A stretch of 64,000 bases of DNA from Octopus bimaculoides (GCF_001194135.2 NC_068981.1:87626952-87690951), one strand, 5' to 3'. Shown: positions 36,236 through 49,455, counted from the first letter of the stretch. Notes: generated from the sequence alone by a model not told the origin. Made by a program: numbers and translations.

Positions 36236-36782
36236 AATTTAACTAAGGATATTGATGACCAATTAGGAACATCAGAAGATAATAGCTGTTTGTATATGTG
36301 TGTGTGTGTATTTATGTGTGCAGTCTCTACATTAGTAGAATAATTGTATTTGAAAGGGTCAGATGCTTTCCAAGGATAATGACTTCTATGAATGAAATCA
36401 AGAAAGAAGGCTCTTTGTGGCTATGCAGCAAATGACCTCTTCATGCTTCATAATTACAGAGTTAGGCGGTTCTGGCAACAACCACGCTCAAAATGGTGTA
36501 TTTTACATGCCACCCGCACAAGAGCCAGTCCAACGGCACTGGCAACGATCAATTGTAGAATTAACTCTAATGATAATTTTCATGAACTAAATTTTGATAC
36601 TTTAATTAAAAGTAATTCCAATTTTGATAAGACAGTTAATCTAGTAGTAATATTAATTATACTACTGATAATAATCCTGCCTTAAAACCTACTACTGAGA
36701 GACAGATTAGTACTAATTCTTTTAACCATGAGTACCACATATAAGTGAATAAATACCTTTGAATTTCAAAAACAAAATTATC

Positions 36783-37173
36783 TGTCCTTTAGAAAATCAT
36801 TGTTTAAGGAAGAATATAGTGTATCAATGTAAGGTAAAAACAGGGGATCATACATATTATTACATAGGTTCATCTGCTACTATTTGGAAATCTACATTTC
36901 ATAATCTCATTCATTTAAGTTTAGAATAATTCTATGAATATTAGTAAATGCATTTGGAATTTAAAAGATAGGGACATTAAGTATGATTTAAAGTGGTCCA
37001 TTATTAGTTATGCGCCATCATACAATACTGATAATTTTAAATGTGATCTTTGCTTTGAGGAAATGTATGATATAATTACTTCTAAATTAACATTATTGAA
37101 TTATAAAGGTAATTTTACATTGAAATGCTCTTATAAATATAGGAAAGCATTTAAATATTTCAATTCTGAATAA
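36783..37173 (+). pseudogene. Penelope-like element GIY-YIG endonuclease remnant
   Basis: CPLENHCLRKNIVYQCKV...YYYIGSS in one frame (YIG at 36861), then ISKCIWNLKD...KWSII...CDLCFEE in a shifted frame. Confidence 0.75.
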
Positions 37174-38804
37174 TCCATCAATTAATTATAATTGCTTCTC
37201 ATATAATACAACATGCATATAATATAATATGTATAATTGTTTAGCATATTTAATAAATAGATAACTAATTGTTATGACATAGAATTTCTGTTTCTAATTT
37301 CATGTTTTTTCTTATTCTTTCATTATCTATTGACATCATCAAAAGTTAAATACTAAACTGGCTTTTGTTTAAAATATATTTCTTCTTAGCGTTCTTTTTG
37401 TATAGTTCATCTACTACAGATATTTCCTTAGTTCATTTTGAATTTAACCAATTTTGGATTGCTTTGATAATTTTATGTTAACACATATTTTTGGATATAT
37501 TAATTTGGTTGATATTTTCTATATCTAAATATACTGACACAACAGAAATGGTCGTCAATATTATATGGTGTAATCATTGGTGATATGATTTTCTACACGC
37601 AGGCACGCACGCACACACACACACACACACATACACTGGAACTCTCTAGCAATCTGAAGTCGCCTTAGTCTAAATCTTTATTCCATTCAAAAACAGCTAT
37701 GGTTGAGAAAATAGTTCCCTTACTCATCAGTATTTTAAGCAGCTTTAATTATTTTAAAAACTTAAATAACTAAACAATAATATTTTATTTTCTTCAATTT
37801 AAAGTGGTTTTCCCCAACAGACTAAACATATGCTTTTGACTTTTTTTGTTTTGTTTTGTATAATTTATTTTCTATATATTTTTTCAGATTCATATCACAC
37901 ATTGTTTTGACACTGCCAGATGAATGTGAAAACCTGAAAATTGATATTTTGACAGCTTAATTTAAGTCTCATGCTCCACAATTTTTACTGTAGGACTAAG
38001 ATATTTAAGTTAACATTTCAAAGTTTGTTTATTTCTTTCAAAATTTTAAGTGAAGTACATATATCCTAGCATAATCTAGTCATTCAGCTATCAGAAAATT
38101 TAAGAGAGGCATAAATTTTGTTGCACTGGGTAAACAAAGATTTCATATTACAGTTAGATATAAGTGTATTTTCAGGTTTCTTTTTAATATTTTGGCTGTG
38201 AACAATGCTAACAAACAATTAGCTTTGGCAGAAAAATGGGAACTTGTTTTGAAAACTGAAGCTGGATATTTTATGATTTGTTATTATGTAAAGCTTAAAA
38301 TTTTAATTGTGAAACATTTCTATATTTAAAATTTGTTTCTTTTTTTTTTCATTTTACATTTAAGAGATTCTCAGTTTGTGGGGTTTTTTTTTATTATTTT
38401 TCTTTATACAACACCAAACTAAAAATGTTTGGTTTTGTTTAAAATAATTTATCCTGAATCTCTTCACCATTTGACATTCAAATTATGTCATTATTTTTGT
38501 TATCATTTTTAACATTTAAAGAACAAAACGACCTCTTCATGCTTTAAAATTACAGAACTAAATAAAATACTAAAATAAAAAATTTAAAAAACCATTAAAA
38601 TATTGTTTTTTTTAAACTTATCATTTGCATTGAAAAATAGTGTGATTTGTACTTCAATTAAATTTCTGTTGCTATTTTATTAATGAAAGCTACTAACTCT
38701 CCTTATAAATTTTATAATTAATCTTTTAATTAAGTTTTGGCCTTTTTCTTTCCATCTACATGTTTTTTTCTTTTTCTTATCAGAATAAAAACTGTAGGAA
38801 GTTT

Positions 38805-39032
38805 TTAACCCTTTAGCATTCAGATTACACAGTAAAATGTAATGTTTATTTTTTCATGTTCATTTAGAATTAATTGTGCATTATCTTGTAGCTTTGAGAT
38901 TTTGATGATGCAATTGTTTAATTCTAGAATGGCATTGTAGGGTAGGTGTGAGTGGCTGGATCTGACCAGTTTGAACATAAAACAGGTAGTATACTTGGGC
39001 CTAATATGGTTAGTTTAACTGCTAATGGGTTA
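38805..39032 (+). mobile_element. piggyBac-like MITE, copy 5
   Basis: TTAACCCTTTAGCA ... TGCTAATGGGTTA, same body. Confidence 0.8.
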
Positions 39033-39399
39033 TCTATGCCTTTGATATGTGGGAGAAGGGGAAGACAATAAGACTATCTGCTGTCTAATATTTTGTTAGC
39101 ATGTTGAACTAGACATGTTTACAAGGTAGAATTACTGTCCTCCTTTACTTTATGTCATATTTTTAAAATAATTGTTCTCTTTATCAGGCTTTATTAGTAG
39201 CAACCACTAAATCTATATCTAGTAATATATGAATTACTGTACAACTGAGGAGAAAAGTGATGAAAGAAATAATCATTATCTTCATCATTTATATATTCAC
39301 TTTTGTAGTACCTGCCTGTAATCCTACTGCACTAAGACGTGCTTATGTATTCATAGTTTATATAGGATACACTCTATTGAATTACTATCTATCTACTTC

Positions 39400-40080
39400 T
39401 TTTTCTGCTATCAAGCATGGTCATATCTAAAATGTCATTAGTGCCCTGTTTTCTTTCCTGCTAACAAAAACTTTTGTCTTTGATAGATTTACTTTGAAGT
39501 TTCTCAATTCTAGGCTTTGCTTCCATGTTTGGAATTTCTTCTCTAAATTTTCAACAGATTCAGCTATGAGAACTAGGTCATTGGCGTACAAGAGTTCCTA
39601 TGGGTGACTGGTCTTAAATACGTCTGTTATGACCTGGAGAACTTCAATAAAAATGGCTGAAAGTTTAACCCTGACAGATATCTACCTGCTTATTAAATTC
39701 CTTGTAAACTCATTGCTAACACTAACCTTGCTGATTGCATTTCTGTACACAGCTTGCATGGCTGTTAGAAACCATTTATCAAAAGCTAGTTTTCTTAGTG
39801 ACCATTAGACTACAAAACATAGTACCCTGTCTAAGATATTCTCCAAGTCAACAAATGCTGGATATAGTTTCTTGATGTTATCTAAGAATTTTTCCTGTGA
39901 TCTCTCCAGGAAGAGAACACCATTGGTACCCTGTCCTGGTACAAACCCAAACCGTATCTCACTGATGCTAACTCTCTTTCTAATCAGTTATGCTACAATA
40001 CTTTTTGTTACTTTACAACTTGGCCCATCGCTCTGATGTTCTAGAAAGAAACAACCAACTATAGAGGCATAAACTCTATG
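39400..40080 (-). pseudogene. RTE-clade LINE reverse transcriptase remnant
   Basis: Minus strand: FGFVPGQGT...AFVDLE...LLYANDLVLIAES (YAND at 39577-39588)...KVNLSKTK, with stops and frameshifts. Confidence 0.8.
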
Positions 40081-42099
40081 CCTCTATGTATCAGATAATA
40101 AGGATACTGTTATGCCACATCTTTGTGCTACTTGATTGACTATGTGAGTGACTAGCAGGAGGCATGCTTCTCTGGATAGATTCAGTTTCTCAGTGATTAC
40201 TCTTGATAGTCCAGCTGCTTTTGTTGCCTTCATATTCTTGTGCTTTTGACCCATATTGCTGCCAATTTCAGTAATTGGTCCCTTTCTTGGGTCTATCTGC
40301 AGTAGTACTTCATACAAAAATGAAAGAAATATTCAGGAACCAAAGAAAAATTCAACTGCACAAATTATTATTCTCCTATATGTGTGGTTAAGAAGCCTGC
40401 TTCCTAACCACATGATCTCAGGTGCAGCCCCACTGCATTGCACCTTAAACAAGTTTTTTACTGTAGCCCTAGGCTGACTCAAGCCTTGTAAGTTGATATG
40501 GTAGATGGAAACTGAAAGGAGCCTGTTATGTGTGGGTTACCCTTATATTGACACCACGTGATGACTGGAAATGAGTATCACCATTATAGAAGTGATGTTA
40601 TTCATTTCAAATCCTCCATGGAAAGGTGTCTGGCTATGGAAAATATCTTGATTATAAACAGGTGAGGGTTGGGGACAGGAAAAGTATCCATTGTAGAAAA
40701 CCTGCCGCAAAATATTCTGTCTGTTTGACCCATGCAAGCATAGAAAAGTGGACATTAAATGATGAGGTTCATATATATATATATATATATATCTTGCATG
40801 TTTGTATTCGTGTCATGTGATGATTATAAATGAGTATCATCATCATACAAGCGATGTTATTTGTTTCCTGTCTTCCATGGTAAAATATTAATTTGCTTAG
40901 AAACAGATGTGGGTTGGTGGCAAGAGTATCCAGTCATAGAAAATCTGCCTCAACAAATTCTGTCTGACCTATACAAGCATAAGAAAGTGGATATTAAATG
41001 TTTATTATTGTTATCTAAAGGTAGCGAGTTGGCAGAATCGTTAACACGGTGAACAAAATGCTTTGTGACATTTCATTCGTCTTCATTTCGCCAAGGTCAT
41101 CCTTTCAGAGTCAATAAAATAAGTACTAGTTGAACACAGGGGTCATTGTAATCAACTTAGCCCCCTCCTCTAAAATTTCAAACCCTGAAAGGATTATTAT
41201 TATCTACATATTTTGTAGTCAAAATTATTATCACTTTTATTGGAGAAATTAATGTTTATATGTAAATGACTGAACAAGTTTAATGAATTATTCTTTAACC
41301 CTTTTGATACCAATCCACCTGAAGCTGCCCTTGGTTTTATGATACAAATCTTTAGTTTCAAAGTAATCTACATTAAAAATCTCCCACCTAAATTTCATGT
41401 TTTATGTTCCAAAACACCAGTTTAATAATGACAGTTATTTCAGTAAATTTTACTTTTTAAAATTAATTCAAATGAAGTTAATCTGCAAGAATCACACTTA
41501 GAACATAAAGAGACAACTAAATACTGCCAAGCCTTCATGTCTGGGGCACTATTGATTCTGCCATTATCTTCTTTAATAATCAATAAAAATTTGAAGTAAA
41601 GTGTGTGGTTTGAGGTTCAGTCTCACCATGCAGTACCTTTGGAAAGTGTCTCCTGCTAAAGCCCAAAGCTGACAAATGCCTTGTGAGAGAATTTGGTAAA
41701 CAGAAACTGTAGGAAACCTGTGGTGTATAGAAATGTATGTATTACCTGTGGGAACTCCTCTGTGCTTGTGACCTTGTTCTTATCACTGAATCTTCAAAAG
41801 AATTAGAACAGAAACCCCAGGAGTGGAAGCAGAACCTAGAATCAAAGGGCCTTAAAGTCAACTTACCAAAGACCAAAGTTCCAGTAAGCTAATACCATCA
41901 GAAAAATTACCATGTTCAGTATGAAGAAAAACTACAGACAGAAATTCCATCCAGTGTACCTAATGCAAACTTATGGACCCATAAGAAGTGCAGTGGAATC
42001 ACTGGAAGATTAACAGAGACAGTAGATTCTATTTACAGCACATGCACTGGAACAATTTCAGAAAGCTCTAACAAAAGATCTCCCTGTTGGAGTGAAAGA

Positions 42100-42480
42100 T
42101 AGATTGTATGATACTTGTTTATGCACAACAATGCTACATGTAGTGAAACATGGGTTGTGAACGCAGAGAACATGCAAAGACTAGAAAGAAATGAAGCTAG
42201 CATGGTCTGCTGGATGTGTGACATTAGTGTGCAAGTATGACAAAGTAAAGATTTGTTGAGAAAAATTGGGCATAAGATACATCAGATGTAGTGTGCAAGA
42301 AAGAAGACTATTGGTATGGTCATGTGATGTATATGGATGAAGATAGCTGCATAAAGAAGTGCTGATCACTAAATGTGGATGAAACTCGTAGTAGAAAGAG
42401 ACCCAGGAAGACTTGAGACAGTGGCAAATACTGACCTCAGGTTCTTGAATCTCACAGCAGATGACAAAGGATTGAGAGGA
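42100..42480 (+). pseudogene. RTE LINE C-terminal remnant
   Basis: CSETWVVNAENMQRLERNEASMVCWMC. Confidence 0.7.
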
Positions 42481-42989
42481 TTAGCAAATTACTATGCTCA
42501 AGAAGACTGTCCATCTCAACAAAATATGAGTTCCCAAGAGCATATCATTAATATCTTTGCCTTGCACCTAATCCTTCATAACTCATCTTCCTAACACCCA
42601 TTCCTCCATCACCCTTCTAACTATAGCACTATTATTTATATGAAAACAGAACTGCTCATATTCCATCCCCCTTTTGTGATACCAGTTATCCTTCTGCTTG
42701 GAACCACTTTCTTATCACCCATTCCACATTCTCCCATATCATCCCTTAACACTTTATTTCACCTTTGAACACCTGCTCATATCCGTCATCGACACCTTAG
42801 GACAGAAAATCATTTTACACCTGCAAAGATATGATCTCAGAGTCACATATAAACCTAGGAAAGATTTACTTATCACTGATACTCTCTCTCTGTAGCATAT
42901 ATAAAGGAACATGATGATTCTCTGTGTGATGAATTGCTGAATGATAATGTTATCAGCTCATTTCCAATGTCTCCAAAACTGGAACAGGT

Positions 42990-43990
42990 TCAGACAGCAA
43001 CCAGTCAAAGTGTTAGTTTAACAACACTAAGTGACATTGTGCTAAATGGTTGACCAAAATCAAGAAATCAATATTCACCAACAGTGAAACCATATTGGGA
43101 CATCTATGATGAAATAGCATATCACAACTGATTGTTTTTCAATAGTAAAAGGATAATCATCTCTGATTTGCTCAGAAGTGAAACAATGAACAAGATTCAC
43201 CAGTCACATCAAAGCATTATAAGAAGTAAGCAGTGCCAAAGATGTACTGTTTTAGCCTGGCATGAGTTCACAAATTCAGGTAGCAGTTGGAAAGTGTACC
43301 ATGTGTGCCAAATTCAGAACAGACAACACTTAAGAAACATTACTGCCCCATGAGATACTAGAATGTCCTTGGTCAAAGGTTGATATTGATTTATTCTCAA
43401 TCAGTGATGATGATATCTTGTTATTGTTGACTTTTACTCTATATTTTCTGAGTAATGCAATTTTACAGTTATAAACAAGCTGGAATCAATCTTTGCTAGA
43501 CATGGAACACCACATATTCTGATTTCAGATAATGCTTCACAATTATCTTCTGAAGAATTTTGAAAAGTTGCCAAAACCTGGCTTTTCACCATATCACATC
43601 CAGTTTACAATTCCCACAATTGAATGGATAAACTGAGATTGTTGTGAAAGCTTTGAAATCACTGATATAAAAATGTAGAGAGGAAAACAAAGGTCCCTAC
43701 CTGGCAGTATTAGACTTAAGAAATACTCCAATAGACAAGGTTAATAAAGCATCTACATAACTCATTATGAGTTGGTTGAGAACATTTTGTGCATCATGTA
43801 GAAAATCTTTACCTTCGTGTAGAAAATCTATTGGATGTTCAGGATAAACATGCTGAGTGCCAAAGGCTGATGAAGAAATATTATGACCAGCACACAGGAA
43901 CGTTGCTTACATTGTTAGAACCTGGTGATCATGTGTAAGTACAAGTAAATGACAAACTATGGATACCAACAACTATCAAAGACAAAAGGG
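42990..43990 (+). pseudogene. Ty3/Gypsy integrase remnant
   Basis: PYWDIYDEI...IHQSHQ...PWSKVDIDLF...FARHGTPHILISDNASQLSSEEF...GPYLAVLDLRNTPID, with stops and frameshifts. Confidence 0.85.
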
Positions 43991-44094
43991 ATAAGCTCAT
44001 ACTGGTCAAAATAATGCCATAAGAACATGAAGGTAGTCTACCCCTGTGATTGTTCATATATGAAATAATCTGTCCTACATATTAAGATAGGAGA

Positions 44095-44398
44095 TGTAAT
44101 GTATTGAGTTATTTCTCTTCAATTCTAAGATTATTTGTTACTTAGTGTTTTATTTAACCAATCATATTTTAAAATATTCAGTGCAAATCAGTTTCTGATA
44201 ATGGCTTCCTGATTAATAAACCACTAGTAAAGTTTCCTTTTATTTTATCCAGTTATCTATGTCATTATAACACAACATAACTTTCTCTCTGTTACTTTGT
44301 CTGTCTCTATGTGATTTAGACTGGTGACGGCAATTTGCATACTTGTAATAACAAAGTGAATTGACTATCTGTTGCTCTATACTAATAAAACACAAACA
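44095..44398 (+). mobile_element. Probable 3' LTR of the upstream Gypsy remnant
   Basis: Purine tract AAGATAGGAGA (44084-44094) directly before TGTAATG; AATAAA near the end and terminal CA. Confidence 0.5.
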
Positions 44399-46514
44399 TG
44401 CAGAAAAGCCTGTCTGTAGATATACAAGAAATATGAAAAACTAAGTATAAATTGTATAAAAATAATTTTTGTTGTCACTTTGAAGAGGAATTATTTTCAA
44501 TGCTTGCTTTTCTTTGTACAAGCACAAAAAACAAAATTAGATAACCAATCAGCAAACAGCTTTTATGAAAAATATAAAACTGTTATAACCACCATGAAGA
44601 GCTACCCAAATGCATGATGTGTGAGACACAAACAAGTTGTTAAGAATCTACACAAGAATATAATGTGTATCAGGTTCACCTTTTAGAAGACACATACTGA
44701 AGAATGACTGAGATCAAGGGAAAAAAAGCTTAATTTTAATTTTTCTTCATCTCCAGGATGCAGACCTCTTCCATTTTAAGTGGTACTATAATTTAAAGTA
44801 GCCAAACAGTACATGTTCTTCCAAAATAGGATATTAATAAAATAAAGTTTGAATGAAATGTGTTACCGGAAATGCCTGTTTGCAAAGTTAATAAAGTTAA
44901 TGTGCCACAGAAAATAGTGTTCTATGTTATTCTGTCAAAGGTTGGTTTTTTAACTCCAGCACTTTCACGCATGGTGAGAGCACTGGGGTTAAAAGAGAAA
45001 AATTAACATGCTTGAGATAGAAAACTGCCAGGAAATAAGATACATTAAATTAATTTTTTGTCTTGCAATTTAAGATAGGTGAAGTGTGATTGGATAAACA
45101 GTCAATTCTGCTTCTACTTCTTTTGTTAAGTTTACTGGTAAGAGTAGCAAAGTTGCAACCATTTTATCAAAGTGAGGTAAAAAGCATGAAGAGAGAGATT
45201 CTTTGAGTTCTACTTTGTATATCCAAAATGGCTGCCAGAATACTGTTCTACCATTCGCTGCTCTCGTATGAGGAGCATAAAGGATTGCTACAGAACTTTT
45301 TTCCTTTTTCTGTTTCTTCTGTGTAAATGATCCATCTTCCTGATTGTAAAATTCATATGATGTAAATAAAACATCATTTGTGTCCTTTCTATATATAAAG
45401 ACATTAACACTTTAGCAACTGATTGTCACAAACCAACATATCTTATTTAAAGAATGTCACTTCTTTTCCATATATAAAGTAAATTTGCTTTGCAACTTCT
45501 GTTTATACTAGACTTCCGAGTCTTCCTTTGCAAATATAATTGGCTTGTTCAATCGTTGTTTAATAAATACATATTTTTATCTAATATTCTTCTTGAGTTA
45601 TACATTTTTCTGTTTTCCATTTTATCTATCAAAAGGCAGGAATTTGCTAAACCAGTCTTTCAAATCTCAGCATCAGCATTTCTTAAAAGAATTTTAACAA
45701 TCAAAATAATTAATATACTGTATATGAATATTGCTATCAACATGCATGCATCCATCCATGCATACATGCATGCATACATACATGCATGCATACATACATA
45801 CATACATCATCATCATCATCATCATTTAGCATCCACTGTCCATGCTGGCATGGGTTGGACGGTTTGACCAGGGCTGGCAAAGTTGGAAGGCTGCACTAGA
45901 CTCCAGTCTGATATGGTATGGTTTTCTATGGCTGGATGCCCTTCCTAATACGAACCACTCCAAGAGTGTAATGGGTGCTTTTATGTGCCACCGGCACGGG
46001 TGCCATTTGCATGACACTGTTATCTGCCCATGACTGCGATTTTGCTCAGCTTGATGGGTCTTCTTCTCAAGCACGGCATAATACCAAAGGTCTCGGTTGT
46101 TGCTTCTGTGAGACCCAACGCTTGACAGGAACCCGGCCACTTTGCTTCCTTTACCTATAAATGAATAATCCCTTCCTTGTGAATTTGTGCAGGATTTAAA
46201 AATAAATGTCATGATTGTGTCTGTAGATTGGAGAATGACAGCTAGGTGGGGGCTTGTGCCCCTGGGGTCAGGGCAATCCTGGATCTGTGATGTTCCTTGA
46301 TTGATCTTATTTGAAGGTTCTCCTGTATCAGGAGGACTGTGTCATGTGTTTACGTATTCTGCACACTGTATATACTTTTATCTTGTTTCTTTCTTTTCTC
46401 ACCACTTCATCTTTTATGCAAACCCCCACACAAACTGTAAACTATCCTTGTAATGTTTCTTTTATTCTTTCTTTATGTTTCAGCCCTAAGGTTGTGGTCA
46501 TGCTGGAGCACCAC

Positions 46515-46556
<42 letters not shown>

Positions 46557-46629
46557 GTTAGTATTGTCTGGCTACTATTTGCTTAATAATAACAAATAGC
46601 CAATAATAACAAGTGTTGCAAAAAAAAAA

Positions 46630-46970
46630 ATTTAATTTGTAGAAAAAACACCCATCAGTGGTCAGCTATGAAGGGCTGTTGCTCTTACGTGACAATACAA
46701 TACCACATATTGTCTAAGTCATTCAGGATAAGATTATTGCTGTAAATATGAAAGTTTTGCCTCATCCTCCTTACTCTCCTGATCCTTCTCCAGCTATCAT
46801 CCTTTCTGATCATTGTAGCATTATTTAGAGGGAAGACAATATATTAATTGTGAAGAGGTTAAAAATTATATTGAGTGTTTCTTTGCTTCAAAACCTCAAG
46901 AATTTTATACCTGAGAGATGAACAATTTGTCAAATAGATGGGATTACGTTATCAATAATGAGAGGAAATA
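46630..46970 (+). pseudogene. mariner transposase C-terminal remnant
   Basis: VLPHPPYSPDPSP at 46754 and FFASKPQEFY downstream. Confidence 0.8.
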
Positions 46971-47173
46971 TATCTAATGAGAGAATATACATCTACGAGA
47001 GGAAATATATCAATTAAGACCAAAGAAGCATTTGTTTCTTTCTCATCTTCAAATGTATCAGTACTTTGTTTCTAACTTAATAGATTATGAATGTAAATGT
47101 ATTAGTATGTATGTAAATATGCCTGAGATTTAAACAAGTGACTTACAGTTTTCTTAGCATGCATTTCAGATTA

Positions 47174-47370
47174 CAAGTAAGTTCATCACCATCAATTCAC
47201 TCCAAGTTCACTCCAAGGAAAGTGTACCCAGAAAATATATCTATAGTATCTCACCATTAATAGTTAAAAAGTATTTTATTGCAAAAAAAAAAAAAAAAAA
47301 AAAAAAGAAAACGGTGAATTAATGACAGTGAACTTTTCCCACGGTAAATTGATGATAGTGAACTTACTGG
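47174..47370. mobile_element. Small MITE-like element with imperfect inverted ends
   Basis: GTAAGTTCATCACCATCAATTCAC versus GGTAAATTGATGATAGTGAACTTAC. Confidence 0.5.
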
Positions 47371-47532
47371 ACATGTGCATTTCATGAAATAAAACATACT
47401 TCAAAATTGATCAAAACATAAACAAGATTCAAGCTGTTTTATAAATATGAATGTTTTTAAAAATTACCTGGAACTATAGAAGGAAATTTGGTTGAGTCTA
47501 CTAAAATATTGTTAACATGATAGTTGTTTCTA

Positions 47533-47900
47533 GGGTGGTGAACTGCCAGAACCATTAGCAAACCAGGCAAAATGCTTAGCTGCATTTTATCCATCTTTAT
47601 GTTTTGAGTTCAAATGCCACTGAGGTCAACTTTGCCTTCCATTCTTTGGTGTTGATAAAATAAATACCAATTGAGCACTAGAGTTGATGTAATTGTGCCA
47701 AACTTTGAAACCAATGTGATAGGTGTCTCTAAAGCAGCAAGTTGGTAGAATCATCGCCAGAAAAATGCTTTGCTGTATTTCTTCTGGCTCTTTATGTTCT
47801 GAGTTCAGATCTTGATAAAGGTGGCTTTGCCTTTCATCCTTGTTGGGTCTATAAAATAAGTATCAGTTGAGCACCAGAATTGATGTAATCAACTAACCCC
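47533..47900 (+). mobile_element. Tandem pair of family-B SINEs
   Basis: Two head-to-tail family-B units. Confidence 0.7.
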
Positions 47901-48716
47901 TAATCATCATCATCATCATCACTTAACATTCGCCTTCCATGCTGGCATGGACAGGACAGTTTGACAAGAGCCTACCAGGCAGAAGCCTGCACTGAACTTC
48001 TGCAACTGTTTTGCAGGATTTTTGCAGCTGGATGCCCTTCCTAACATCAACCACTCAGCAGAGTGGACGTAGTGCTTTTTACGTGGCACAAGCACAGGCG
48101 AGGTGAGTAGTGCTTTTTACGTGGCACAAGCACAAGCAAGGTCAGTTTTGGCAAGGTTTTTACAGCTGGATGCCCTTCCAAATGCCAACCACTTTACAGT
48201 GTGGACTGGGTACTTTTAAGTGGCACCTGCACTGACAGGGTCACCAAGTACTTGCAAGACAAAAAAAAATCTCTTTTGAGAGGAGAGGGGCTATTGGAGG
48301 AGGTGATCTTGTGTCACATGATGAAAGGTTATAGTGAGATAGAAAGACACCAGCCAGGGTGGAGGGAGAGGGAGAGAGAGAGAGAGAGAGATCAGGAGTG
48401 AAGACAGAAACAGGTGCACTGCCACAAAGGAAACACATTGTAACCCAACCTGAGGGAAGTGCAGGAGAAGAAGACAGCAGGATAGAGATGGTGGCAAAGT
48501 GCCAGGCATACTCAAAAGAGGCAGGGATCAGAATATAAATGGAATGGTTACGTAAAGGGAGAGAGATATATAGATGGTGACAAGTCCCAGTGCATACCCT
48601 TGATGTTCAAACATCATAATATAAGTGGCAGGATATTGTGAGGAAGCATGATTAGAGAGTGTGGAGGTGGGGTAGCAAAAACCTGGGTATATATAGGGTC
48701 AGGGGGCTACTGGATA

Positions 48717-49075
48717 GCAATGATACAGAGGAAAAGGGCTCGTGAGAACAGGATTGGGGAGTGAGAGGTAGACATAGTGTATGAAGGAGGAAATGTGAGG
48801 GAGAGAAGAGATGTAGATTGGTTTGTTTGGGTAGAGTGTGTGAAAAGGTTTCTTGTTACATGTAGGTGGAACACACAGGTCAGTGTGGCTAGCAGAGAGC
48901 AATGATACAGTGGGACAGGGCCATGAGAACAGGATTGGGGAGTGGGAGGTAAGTATAGTGCATGAAGTGGAAATGCAAGGAAGTGAAGAGATGTAAAGAT
49001 GTAGTTTGGTTTGTTGTGGTAGAGTGTGTGAGAAGTTTTCTTGTTAAGTGTGAGTGGGGCACATAGTGCATCTAG
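48717..49075. repeat. Two diverged tandem units of about 182 bp, purine-rich
   Basis: GCAATGATACAG...GAGAACAGGATTGGGGAGTG starts at 48717 and at 48899. Confidence 0.8.
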
Positions 49076-49089
49076 AACTCAGTTTCACT

Positions 49090-49455
49090 GACATGTACGG
49101 GTCTTCCCAAGAACCACATATTGCCAGACATCTCAGTCCATTGCCATTTCCTCCGTAAGGCCCAACACCCTGAGATCGGTCCTTATCACTTCGTCGCATG
49201 TCTTTCTGGGTCTCCTTTTCCCGCGGTACCATCCACTTTCAGTGATTGGCACTTCTTTATGCAGCTGTCCTCATTCATACCCATCACATGTCCAAACCAA
49301 TGTAGTTTGCTCTCTTGCATGCTACATTTGATTCTTCTTATACCCAACATTTCTCTCAATACATTTGCACTTTGTTGTGCATGCACACTAATGTTGCACA
49401 TCCAACGGAGCACACCACCTTCATTTCTCATCAATCTACACGTGTCTTCTGCATT
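49090..49455 (-). pseudogene. RTE LINE C-terminal remnant
   Basis: ORF 49186..49434: RNEGGVLRWMCNISV...LGIRRIKCSMQESKLHWFGHVMGMNED. Confidence 0.8.

Noticed and set aside
44697-44730. CTGAAGA...GAAA motif
   Set aside because: Stem II is weak and there is no downstream strand to pair with stem I
45220-45350. AAAATGGCTGCC (YY1-like motif or short ATG ORF) in non-repeat-looking DNA
   Set aside because: A single short motif with no supporting exon structure or CpG island
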